Below are positions 53,502 through 64,000 of a DNA stretch of 64,000 bases, piece by piece; the stretch's first letter is position 1; the number at the start of each line of letters is the position of its first letter. Location: positions 124,001-188,000 of the forward strand of contig NIVC01001883.1 of assembly GCA_002269645.1 (NCBI GenBank), in the 5' to 3' direction. The translations under genes and the position numbers were made by a program. Below the pieces are notes generated by a model. It saw only the letters and a list, made by a program, of their open reading frames with translations, did not search any database and was not told the DNA's origin. Source of the stretch: Macrostomum lignano. Taxonomy: Eukaryota.

Positions 53502-56500
53502 TCAGTCGTCCTCGCGGACGCCGCGGGCGGGTCCCTTCTCGATCTGGTCGTCCAGCTCCTTCTTGGTCTCCTCCTCCCACTTCCGGATCTGCTCCATGGT
53601 GAGGCCGTACCACTGGTCCATGCTGCAGAACACCTGCCTGTGGAAGTTCGTGAAGATCCGGCGCTCCATCTGCGGGTGGGCGAGGCGCATCCGGTGAGGG
53701 GTAGCTGATGAGGGGTATCCGGTAAGGGGTAGCTGGTGAGGGGTATCCGGTAAGGGGTAGCTGGTGAGGGGTATCCGGTGAGGGGTATCTAATGAGTGGT
53801 ATCTGGTGAAGGTATCTAACCAGGGGTATCTGGTGAGGGTATCTAATGAGAGTATCTGGTGAGGGATATCTAATGAGGGTATCTAGTGAGGGGTATCTAA
53901 TGAGGGTATCTAGTGAGGGGTATCTAATGAGAGTATCTGGTGAGGGATATCTAATGAGGGTATCTGGTGAGGGGCATCTAATGAGGGTATCTGGTGAGGG
54001 ATATCTAATGAGGGTATCTGGTGAGGGATATCTAATGAGGGTATCTGGTGAGGGATATCTAATGAGGGTATCTGGTGAGGGGTATCTAATGAGGGTATCT
54101 GGTGAGGGGTATCTAATGAGGGTATCTGGTGAGGGGTATCTAATGAGGGTATCTAGTGAGGGGTATCTAATGAGGGTATCTGGTGAGGGGTATCTAATGA
54201 GGGTATCTGGTGAGGGGTATCTAATGAGGGTATCTAGTGAGGGGTAGCCCAGTGAGATACGATGACAGTGACTGGAAGCAGAAGCAGCACTGGGAGGGCC
54301 CAGCTACACCGGTAGCAGCGCACAGCAGCAGTTCGCAACTCACAGTGTGGATGAAGCTCTCGATGCGGCCCTGCAGGCCGAACCACTTGAACTCGCAGGT
54401 GACCAGCTTGTAGGCGCACATCACCGGGCCGTCGAAGTTCTCCCACCAGGGCCGGTTGGTGAGCGGGCCGCGGCCGGTCTTGGAGGACTTGAACAGCTTG
54501 GGGTCGAACTCGCGCTTGTAGTCGGAGTTTGAGTACAGCTTGTCGTTGCCGATGTCGATGTACACAACCTCGCGCTTCTGAAGCAGGTTCGGCGGCAGCT
54601 GGTGCACATTCTCCTGCGTGCCGGCGTCCTGCACGTGCATGGACTCGATCTTGATGAAGAAATTATCCTTCATGTAGCCGGGGTTCTCCACCACAGTGCG
54701 GCAGTAGGGGTAGGCGTTCCAGGCTGTCTCCGTCATCTCCAGCGAGCCCGACGGCGCCAGCATGCGGATGAACTTCGGCACCTTGCTGGAGGAGGTTGGG
54801 CCGGATTCGGATCTCACCCCTGCATCTCCTGGCCCACACCAACCCTGCATCTCACGGTCCCTCATCAATCCTGCATCTCATGGCCCTCTCACCTCTGCGT
54901 CTCATGGTCCTTTATCTGACACCCTGCATCTTAAGCATGGCCCTTTATCCCTCACGCAAAATTCTTTCGCGCCCCAGTGCATTGGTAGTCTGTCAGTCAC
55001 TCGATCTGAAGACTTGGCAATATAAAAAATTCCGTCACCGCCAGTGCGGATAGCAGTCTAACATCACGCGACTATCTCACCGCATCGGTGAGCACACGAA
55101 CAAAAGTTGAAAAAAGTACATTGCTGCACACTCGAGAGACACTTGGCACTGCCTGTAGCGCAGCTCAGAGACGAAATGCCAAGTCTTGCACCCCAGCTCA
55201 CTCTATAGGGAGTGAAAACACATTCTCTTCGGAGAGATGTGGACAGGGCCAGGAGAGACAATAGACACTCGCCTCTCTCTCTGTCTGACGCAGCTAACAG
55301 TTCACAGACAGCAATTGGAACCGCAATCCCGTTCACAACAGCAACACTTCGGAGCCCAAAGTACATTCTGACCCAATGGTTAATGCCATCGCTTTGTACT
55401 CCAAGCTAAACATTCCAGGCATTGTTTGACGTCATTCAGACAGATTTGAGATTGCTGAATGGGATCTGGGAACATATGAACATATCTGAACATATGGGGT
55501 GGGGGTGACAGCCTAATCTGAACATATGGGGTGCGGGTGACAGCCTAATCTGAACATATGGGGTGCGGGTGACAGCCTAATCTGAAAATATGGGGTAGGG
55601 GTGAACATCCGGGAGGGTGACAGCCTAATTTGAACATATGGGGTGGGGTGACAGCCTAATCTGAACATATGGGGTGGGGGTGACAGCCTAATCTGAACAT
55701 ATGGGGTGGGGGTGACAGCCTAATCTGAACATATGGGGTGGGGGTGACAGCCTAATCTGAACATATGGGGTGGGGGTGACAGCCTAATCTGAACATATGG
55801 GGTGGGGTGACAGCCTAATCTGAACATATGGGGTGGGAGCGACAGCCTAATCTGAACATATGGGGTGGGAGCGACAGCCTAATCTGAACATATGGGGTGC
55901 GGGTGACAGCCTAATATCTGAAAATATGGGGTGGGGGTGAACATCCGGGAGGGTGACAGCCTAATCTGAACATATGGGGTGGGGTGACAGCCTAATCTGA
56001 ACATATGGGGTGGGGGTGACAGCCTAATCTGAACATATGGGGTGGGGTGACAGCCTAATCTGAACATATGGGGTGGGAGTGACAGCCTAATCTGAACATA
56101 TGGGGTGGGAGTGACAGCCTAATCTGAACATATGGGGTGGGGTGACAGCCTAATCTGAACATATGGGGTGGGAGTGACAGCCTAATCTGAACATATGGGG
56201 TGGGAGTGACAGCCTAATCTGAACATATGGGGTGCGGGTGACAGCCTAATATCTGAAAATATGGGGTGGGGGTGAACATCCCGGAGGGTGACAGCCTAAT
56301 CTAAACATCCGGGAGGGCGACAGCTTAATTTGAACATCCAGGAAGGTGACAGCCTTATCTGAGGATCTGGGGGATGACAACCTAATCTGAGCAGCTGGGA
56401 GGGTGACAGCCAAGTAGCAACCAGCTTTACCTGTGTACCAAAGGAAAGGCAAATGTGAACTCACTTCTGCAGCTTGTAGATCTTGTAGGTGTACTGGCCA

Positions 56501-58692
56501 GTGCCTCTATTGCCAAGCAGCGGCGTCTTTGGTGGCCACTTGTTGGCGGCAACATCAAAGGGCTCATTGTGCACCACAACAATACCCTCACCTCCGCCAG
56601 TCTCCTGCTTGGAGGCCTCAGCCACGGAGTAGAGCTGGGCAATCTGGTACTCCTCCACTGTCATGGGCAGGATCACGCGACTGCACAATAGGTGGGTAGG
56701 ACAGTGTCTTAGGAATCTGGTTTCAAACACCCAAGGGAATGCTAATTATTGATTATTGATTTATTCAGAAAATAAAAAAACATGTTTAATAAATTGAATT
56801 TATAACCATTAGTGTTTCTGCCACAAAAATATAATAAAATATTAGAACAATTAAAATACATTTGAAATTATGGTAAACATGATTTTAATTAATCAGAACC
56901 TAGATAAAAAAATTCAATGACTAAATACTCTTAATGGGGCAAGTACTTGTTCTAAGTAATCTTACTATAATATAATAAACCTCTTGATATATACTTAGTT
57001 AGATAGAGGCAGGCAAGTGGGCTATGTGCACTATGGTATACATTAGGAAACATTGTTTTATAACTATTAAGAGACATTACTACCCATTCTATCAATTCCC
57101 TTATATAGGTATACAAGCATTAAATATTTATATATATAGTTATATATGTAGGCATATAATCACATAGGAGTAATTTATTGTTCATTTATTATACCCTTCA
57201 ACTTGGTGTAATTCAACCCCTACCCTTTGTTCTATTTATAGGCACAACTTTTGAATGAATTGACATTTTTATCCCATTTAAAAAGCAAAACAACTGTTGG
57301 ATTTTTTTTACTTATGATGCAAGTTGCATCAAATTTGAATATCACAATTTCAATTAGCCTCTGTACTAGTTTTTCCCACTATTTCTGGGATAACCCTCAT
57401 ATATTTACATTGTAATATATAATAATATCTAACATCATAGACTCTATTTAAAAATGATTTAAATATATCTATAATATTATAAAATATGCTAACAATGTCA
57501 TTGATATTCTTTTTATGGAGTACTTATAGGCATGGTGGCCATGTCTATATTATTTGAGCTTATAGGCATGGCTATAATCATCAATATAAAACATGTGTTC
57601 TATAGCGCTCTCTCATAAGCAAACAGTGGCTTAGTGGATATGTCAATTGCCTTGGATTGAGTGTAAGCTAGGTTTGACTCCAAAGTGGTCAGAGTATTTT
57701 TTAATTTGTATTTTTTTAGCAAATAGAAAATTTTCAATCTAGAACTTTTTAAGTTTTTTAATTAAAATAAAAAATAAATTGAATTAAACTAAATTAAATT
57801 TTTATTAAGAAAAACACTAAATCTTAAAGTGTGTCCAATATGTATCAAAAAATATTTCTTTTCAGTAGCTACATATATATTTGCGGCCGCACTTTAAAAT
57901 GATTTTCTGTTACTCTTAAAAATTAATTTTAATTTAATTTTTATAAAATTCAAAATAAAAAACTCAGACTTTTCAATTGATCAATCTTTTCATCTGATCA
58001 ATGATTATATACATGGCAATGTCAGCCATGCCTATAAGTTCCAATATTAGAGACACGGCTACCCACCGTGTCTCTAAGCATGAACCTATTCAATATTAAT
58101 GATATAGCCACCCACCGTGTCTCTAAGTGTGAACCCATTCAATATTAATGACATGGCTGCCATGCAAGTTTCATTGACATAGACATAGACATGGTGGCCA
58201 TGTCTATAAGTATGGACCTAGTCATTATTAGAGACATGGCCACCGTGTCTATAAGTTTCTGCATTATAGACATGGTCGCCATGTCTCAAAGTGTGGCATT
58301 CCTTTTATCCTTTCAAAAGGTGTCTCACAAAGAATCTAAGCTATGCAATTGATTCTATTATTGAGAGAGACTAAGCATAATTGCATTTGAAAAAAGAAAT
58401 ATACTAAAATGTAACATAAAATAAAAATATACTAAGCTGCATAAAAATATATTATTAATTGACAAAACCTAAATAAGTGTGACTGGTAGGCACAATGAGA
58501 GGTAGGCCTAACAGAGTAAATATAAATCCTTCAAAAAAATATAAGTGAGAATGCCCTATTAAGATGCATAGAGATACCATGTGTTTCTTAACTATCTTAA
58601 CTAAGACAAGTTATACTAATATATACATACTAAGTTTTCAACACAAGCAGAATGGTATAAAACATAAGAACTTACTACTCTTTGATCAGCAT
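53502..58692 (-). CDS. PITPNA: Class I phosphatidylinositol transfer protein, 280 aa; complement(join(53502..53669,54344..54785,56465..56680,58676..58692))
   Basis: MLIKEY|[23 protein letters not shown]...[12 protein letters not shown]|[11 protein letters not shown]...[10 protein letters not shown]...[17 protein letters not shown]...|[20 protein letters not shown]...REDD*. GT-AG introns, total 843 nt. Alpha versus beta orthology is not resolvable here. Confidence 0.94.
53692..54245. repeat. 27-bp minisatellite (GAGGGTATCTGGTGAGGGGTATCTAAT)n
   Basis: Fills PITP intron 3. Confidence 0.95.
55478..56412. repeat. 32-34-bp minisatellite (GGGTGACAGCCTAATCTGAACATATGGGGTGG)n
   Basis: PITP intron 2; degenerates toward the donor at 56464. 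Confidence 0.95.
57620..57702 (+). other. Degenerate tRNA-derived segment (SINE head or tRNA pseudogene)
   Basis: A-box TGGCTTAGTGG (57627-57637), stem TCAAT/ATTGA, B-box GGTTTGACTCC (57671-57681), then a T6 run; acceptor stem does not pair. Confidence 0.5.
58021..58290. repeat. Degenerate tandem array of short hairpin units (AGACAYGG-loop-CCRTGTCT)
   Basis: 12-bp stem at 58047-58077 and 10-bp stem at 58185-58207; related copies at 57523-57575 in inverted arrangement. Confidence 0.7.
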
Positions 58693-58851
58693 TATAATGT
58701 TTTTGAGTGCGAAGTACTTAAAAACACACAGAAAACGATGCTAGTTGTAGTTATTATTTGTATCTATAAACAGAAGGAAATTTAACTATTTACTATTGTC
58801 TATGTAAAAAGTGAGGCGTGCCGTAAAATAAACATTCGGTCGGCATTTTAA

Positions 58852-59230
58852 GGGTCTCCCTAAAACACGCACCGCCCCGCCCCACAGCGCTACACGTTAA
58901 AACAAATTGGACTATAACTGAAGACATTTCAAAATGCGTTTTATGTTAAGCTTTAAGCTTTTATAAAATTTAGTTTGTTTTACTTTAAAATATTAAATTC
59001 GGTGTATAATAAGTGATACAATTAATAATATTAATAAAATAATAATAATTTAATTTAATAATGCAAACAAGAATATGAAAAATAATAATAATATTTAAAG
59101 TAATAATTAAAGTTAATTATTCTGTTACTCTTACAACAAATAGTTTTCTTTGCAATCAAAATACTGCATTGACAAAAATGTTATAATGTGTAGCGGTCGG
59201 GGCGGTGCGGTGCGTGTTTTAGGGAGACCC
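58852..59230. mobile_element. MITE, ~380 bp, ~44-bp terminal inverted repeats (GGGTCTCCCTAAAACACGCACCGC...)
   Basis: 58852-58895 is the reverse complement of ~59188-59230 with few mismatches; AT-rich non-coding interior; no clean TSD (TAA on the left only). Confidence 0.75.
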
Positions 59231-59439
59231 CATTTTAAAATATTATCCAAATATTGGATGAAACAAAACAAACTATACAAGAAATGCTTTCTGTACTTTT
59301 TCGTTAGGTAAAATTAATTTTGATAACATTTAACTGCAGCATGTATGAATTAATTTTAAACGTTTTACTTCGTATTTTAGGGCACAAATAAAGACGAATG
59401 AAATAATTACTGACTAATCGATTAGTGAGTGCTCAAGGA

Positions 59440-59699
59440 GGCTTTTCATATTACCAATTCCAGAATCAGAATCGGTTCGGATCTTCCAAGAAAAAACAGC
59501 AGTATAACTACTTAATTCTGTTGAATGTTTGACTGCCTTAACAACCTCACTTAGAACAATTTTTCACTTTCTTCTTGGCGATTGTCATTTAATAATAAAA
59601 ACTTTATAGCACGTATCTCCCTCTAGTTATGGAGACAAAAAGTTATACTTCACAAATTGGTTCTGGTTCTGGAACCAGAACAAGCAATATGAAAAGGCC
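59440..59699. mobile_element. MITE-like element, ~260 bp, imperfect ~40-bp TIRs (GGCTTTTCATATT / AATATGAAAAGGCC)
   Basis: Inverted termini including TTCCAGAAYCAGAAYC; CAAGGA occurs on both flanks (59434-59439 and 59700-59705). Confidence 0.55.
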
Positions 59700-59709
59700 C
59701 AAGGACGAC

Positions 59710-60390
59710 TTAAGTAAAGGACGGGAAACCTCGTTTCTGGAATTTTTTTTGAAGGCAGTTTTTTCCGAAAAATTTACACTACGGACATAAGAAGTTTTCG
59801 TTTTTTCAGCACAAAAATTGCTATTGCGCGCTTTTGATAGGAGGCAGATCCAGTGTTCATATTTTGATATGTTTTGCCTTTCTTATTGCTCTATCGATAT
59901 TCATAGAGCTTTTCGTTCAGAAAATTAGGATTCTATGTTGATTTTTTTCTACGTACATTTGCATGTGTCTTATGCCTAAAAACCATTGAAATGGCACCTT
60001 TGGTTTTATGAGTCTATTTTATCATTCTTAATTAGCTGACTGTGTAGCAAATTTTTGTAACAGAGATGATAAAATAGATTCATAAAACCAAGGATTCGAG
60101 CTGTGTCATGCATTTTTATGATTTTTAGGTACAGGAAATGTACGTAGAATAAAAAATTAACATTGAATCCTAATTTTCTGAACGAAAAGCTCTATGAATA
60201 TCGATAGAGCAATAAGAAAAGCACGTACAACATATCAAAAGATGAACACTACTGGATCTGTATCCTATCAAATGCAATAGCAAATTTTTGAGCTGAAAAA
60301 ATGAGAACTTCCTAATCTCCGTAGTGTATTTTTCGGGAAAACCTGCCTTCTAAAATTTTTCTAAGAAACGAGGTTTCCCGTCCTACTTAA
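59710..60390. mobile_element. Foldback element, ~680-bp near-palindrome bounded by TTAA
   Basis: GGACGGGAAACCTCGTTTCT (59719-59738) pairs perfectly with 60364-60383; inner arms pair along their length (e.g. ~55 bp perfect near 59885-59935 versus 60165-60220); ~40-bp central loop. Confidence 0.85.
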
Positions 60391-61710
60391 AAGTCGTCTT
60401 TGTTAGTGCTACTTAAAGTAGTTTCATGACATAATAAGATCGGGAGATACATGGTACAGGGAGCACTGTCCAAGGGTCCATTTGGCATTTGACGGAGGCT
60501 GGGTATTTGTTGTATAAAGAACGATTTCCACGGAAGCAAATAAAAATCAAGAATTGTCCTTAACTGTACCAACCCTAACACTAACCTTTCCTTTAAGTTT
60601 TCCACTAAAAACAGCTAAGTAATAGTTTAAAAGGATAATTTTATTAAAGTTAAAATAGACTTCAGTTTACCAAAAAATCCGGATTTTTAGAAACAGTGTT
60701 TTTCTTTAAATATTGTCACAAACCAATTATGCAATACGCGCTCTTATGAAGCGCACAAAATTAAACTTTGAGGCTCTCCTCACAGCTCAGATATCGATTT
60801 TGGGTCCAAAAATATTCTCGAACTCCTCAGTTAGCCATATCAGCACTTCATATCATGGTTTTGTGCATGTGCCAATTAAGCGCAGCTGGGAGTGTCAAAA
60901 GTACGGAACTGCTTTGACACACGCAATTTCTACACTTCTGACACTTCAATTGGGCGCACCTGACACCAAATTCGCTACCCAAAATGTCAGCTGCATGCTG
61001 TTTGAAACTCAAACCCACGATTTGACGGTTTATTGCGGGGGCGCTCGCGCTTGTATAGCACAACATATACCGGCTCTGTACTCAACTCACGTTAGTATAG
61101 TACAGAGTGTGCATAATAATTAAAGTGTACAAAGCGAAGCTGGGAAATTAAAAAGTTTACGGCGCTGCCCTGCCATGCTCACATCCCCATAATCTTGTAA
61201 TTTATCCCTTACAGAGCCTTACATTATGGCAACTATAGACTCACTGTTTTCCCACATTGCATTCAGAAAGATTAAGGGCAAGCATGCATTTCCCATTTCT
61301 TTACTCTTATCGCATAGGCAATGTGAAGCGAGTCACGATTTGAGCAGTTTTGCCGCTCTCACTGCAAAGCCTAAGTACGAATTCATTAACAGATTTTGCT
61401 ATCTTTCTCAATTAAAAACGGGTTACCCTAACTAGCTCGAGGCCGAATCAAGCCAGAACGCACAGTTGGACTTGTGCGCATAGACATTCACCAGAGTTTT
61501 TAAACACTGTAAATGCAGAGACTTCGTACTCAAAGTCTCGGTAGGGCGCGTCAAAAATGATAGGAAGGTCACCTGGCAGCAAAGTGAAACAAATAGCTAC
61601 GCATTAGTCATGCCGGTGGAAAGGCGAGTGTACGCGAGTTTCCTGCCCCGCACAGCCTGCAGTTGGGCCGCGCACGCAGCCGTACGCCAGGACAGTACAG
61701 AAGGAGCCTT

Positions 61711-61716
61711 TATAAA
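61711..61716 (+). promoter_or_regulatory. TATAAA element ~50 bp upstream of the HPS1 ATG
   Basis: Motif match only; it is followed by GTAAGC, which could instead be a 5'UTR donor. Confidence 0.25.
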
Positions 61717-61766
61717 GTAAGCCTCTAGTCGCGCACAGATATGCGAGCGCAGAAACGTCTAACAGC

Positions 61767-63833
61767 ATGAAAATCCTGGTTGTGTTCAACTCGGTGAATG
61801 ACATTGTGTTCTGTCATGCGGATCAAGCCTACTTGGCCAACCTGCTGGCCGCTTATCGCGGCTCCAACGAGGCTGGAGAGATAGCTGGCGTGTCCCGACA
61901 GACGCTGGACGTACTTGTGCAGCTCTTCTCGCCCTTACTGACCACCTACAACTTGATGAGAACGCAGCAGTCCGCCTATCGCCGGGTTGTACTGGCCAAC
62001 AGTGAGGAAGTTGTATTCAGACGGTGCGAGGACTTCCTCATGATCGGTGTATTCGGCTCAAAAACATTCTGCCCGCCGGCCAAGCAGCTAGCCAATGTGG
62101 AGCGGCAGCTGCGGTCGCTGGTGGGACCTTACTTTGAGACACTGAAGCATTACAAAGAAGGCGCATTCAGCCTGGTTGGCAGCATGGTGTCCGGCTGGAA
62201 GACTCTGTTTACGCACGAATTGGCGTTCACATTTTCTGCGGTGGAGCGCGTCAAGGTGGAGGGCAGCATCAAGGCCAAGGCTATCGAGTCGATTGAGCGC
62301 GGCTTCCAGCGAAGACGTCGAGAGTTGAGCGGTGTGGAGCACGTGCTGATTGTCTGCGGCACCAAGCTGCTGTGCCTGTACTCTACCGAGAGGACAAGTA
62401 AGCTTGTAGCCCAGGACTTTCTCACTCTAATCTCTCTGGTGCCCGCTCTGTTCCCAAAGTTTGACGTCTACGATGAGAGCCGCTACAAGGAACCAGAAGG
62501 AGCCACCTTCAACAGTTGCGCTGAGCCGACCAACAGTTCAAGCAACAGCGATGTTTCCTCTGCCTTCCACTCGTGCAACGAGTTCGTCCTCTCTGCCCCT
62601 CACAGTCCGCGGAGTTCCGGTCTGGCGACGACACCCGAACGAATAAATGGCGCATTTGGGACATCTCAGCGGCAATCTACTTCCTCATCTGGCAGTTGCA
62701 TCGAGTTGGAGCACAATGCTCACTATCCTCTGGTGCAGCAGATTGAGTTGAACAAAAGCTCTCCATCAGAGTCCAAAGCTATGCTTGTGTTTCTGAACAC
62801 TACCACATCGACTTTATCTCCATTCAAAGCTCACTTCGTACCAATGACGGGAAATGTTGTATTCTTGGCACTAGAAGCTGTGGAGCCGCGCTCCGTGGCC
62901 CGGTTGGTAGATCGAATGCACCGAGCGGCGGACCGAGCCCTGAGCCATGTAAGCCAACCCGTTGACGACCTGGCAGCAATGCAGGCTGCCATCTGCGCCG
63001 AGCTGCACTCGGTTAGACGACTCCTCGTCGAGCTGATCAGGACGTTGAGGGAGCCGCCAGGAGTCGCTGCCAGCTTCGCGCCCGCCTGCGAACGAGCAAT
63101 GCGCGATGTCAACGATCACCTGAGCCGGGCAGCTCCAGGGAGCGAGCATTTCCGCACCGTAGACTTGTACCTGAATGCGGTAGAGAACTTGCTGCATAAG
63201 TTAAAGTCTTCCGTCATGAAAGGCGTATTTGAGAACCTCTTCCTGCAGTTTCCCTTCAAGATGACGGCCACAGTGTGCCAGGCTGTGCAGGACCTTGCCC
63301 AGGCTTGTAGAAAAGACCTCCAGGACTACCTGCCATTTCTGGACGTAAAGGCGCGCAGAAACCTGGCCTCGTCCAGCGTGCTCGCCAACTACATCGGCCT
63401 GGTGCATTTCGCCCTGGTGGACCGGCGCAGCGACGAAATCGTCGCCCCGACGCCCGACTGGGGTCGCCACCCGAAGGGCCTCTCTAAGCGCATCCTTGCC
63501 ACCATCGGCGCCCTGCGCGACGCTGCCCACGCCGTGAAGGCTCGCGAGCGCGACCACTCCAGCTCTGGGGCTTCGGGTTCAGAGACAGGCGGAGAGTTCG
63601 CTCGCAGGAAGGAGGTTCAGCTCTACCGACGCGACAGGAGCCTCCAGTTCAGCTACCTCATCCAGTGGGAGCAGTCGAGCGCAGACCAGAGACTGCTGGA
63701 CGCCGGATTCGAGCTGGTCACGGTCCACTCGCTCGAGGCAAATCGGGACACCATTCAGCGACACCTGGTCAGTCTGACGGCCAAGTTCCTTCCCAGCCGG
63801 GACAGCTCCGACCTGGACAGCGGCCTCCTGTGA
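61767..63833 (+). CDS. HPS1: HPS1-like BLOC-3 subunit (longin domains), intronless, 688 aa
   Basis: N-terminus MKILVVFNSVNDIVF, QLFSPLLTTY, and C-terminal YLPFLDVKARRN...GLVHFALVDRRSDEIVAP resemble remembered HPS1 family segments; identification by recall, not by search. Confidence 0.82.
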   Translation: MKILVVFNSVNDIVFCHADQAYLANLLAAYRGSNEAGEIAGVSRQTLDVLVQLFSPLLTTYNLMRTQQSAYRRVVLANSEEVVFRRCEDFLMIGVFGSKTFCPPAKQLANVERQLRSLVGPYFETLKHYKEGAFSLVGSMVSGWKTLFTHELAFTFSAVERVKVEGSIKAKAIESIERGFQRRRRELSGVEHVLIVCGTKLLCLYSTERTSKLVAQDFLTLISLVPALFPKFDVYDESRYKEPEGATFNSCAEPTNSSSNSDVSSAFHSCNEFVLSAPHSPRSSGLATTPERINGAFGTSQRQSTSSSGSCIELEHNAHYPLVQQIELNKSSPSESKAMLVFLNTTTSTLSPFKAHFVPMTGNVVFLALEAVEPRSVARLVDRMHRAADRALSHVSQPVDDLAAMQAAICAELHSVRRLLVELIRTLREPPGVAASFAPACERAMRDVNDHLSRAAPGSEHFRTVDLYLNAVENLLHKLKSSVMKGVFENLFLQFPFKMTATVCQAVQDLAQACRKDLQDYLPFLDVKARRNLASSSVLANYIGLVHFALVDRRSDEIVAPTPDWGRHPKGLSKRILATIGALRDAAHAVKARERDHSSSGASGSETGGEFARRKEVQLYRRDRSLQFSYLIQWEQSSADQRLLDAGFELVTVHSLEANRDTIQRHLVSLTAKFLPSRDSSDLDSGLL

Positions 63834-64000
63834 ACACTTGGACGCTTTTTCGGTGAACGTTTTGCTATAATAAATATTAATATTTTATTCCGCGTTTTAA
63901 ACTGCAATTTTTTGGCTTTAATTTCATTGTTTTGATGCTGCAGATTTTGTACTGAAATAATGTGCAGAAAAGGTGCTCATATACGAGTGATGGCCTGTAA

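Noticed and set aside
56540-56580. Insertion in PITP ([19 protein letters not shown]) as a novelty
   Set aside because: Invertebrate class I PITPs commonly carry a PLLG-containing extension in this loop.
58021-58290. CRISPR-like array (palindromic repeats with spacers)
   Set aside because: Spacers are related to each other, repeats are degenerate, there are no cas genes, and the context is a eukaryotic intron.

Overview
Eukaryotic (animal) genomic DNA. GC-rich exons sit in introns packed with minisatellites; the style most resembles a Macrostomum-type flatworm, but that assignment is inference, not shown by the sequence. Five host genes were reconstructed by hand from GT-AG junctions with consistent phases. 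On the + strand: the 3' five coding exons of SNAP-25 (851-3617); an ACSS2-like acetyl-CoA synthetase (5326-7407) whose conserved N-terminus has no in-frame ATG; a complete 15-exon alpha-neurexin (12629-45446, 1571 aa, ending KEWYV); and an intronless HPS1 (61767-63833). On the - strand: a 4-exon class I PITP (58692-53502). A young Mag-type Ty3/gypsy LTR retrotransposon (47827-52678) is inserted in a minisatellite. An AT-rich nest of MITE/foldback elements lies in PITP intron 1 and between PITP and HPS1. Most notable: (1) a second signal-peptide first exon inside neurexin intron 1 predicting an isoform that starts at LNS2, i.e. neither alpha nor beta; (2) a ~40-aa loop with a furin-type RSRRGRR|S site inside LNS6; (3) an ACS that appears to need an AUG supplied by splicing, possibly the flatworm spliced leader; (4) minisatellites seeded from the splice junctions themselves, producing arrays of donor and acceptor sites.
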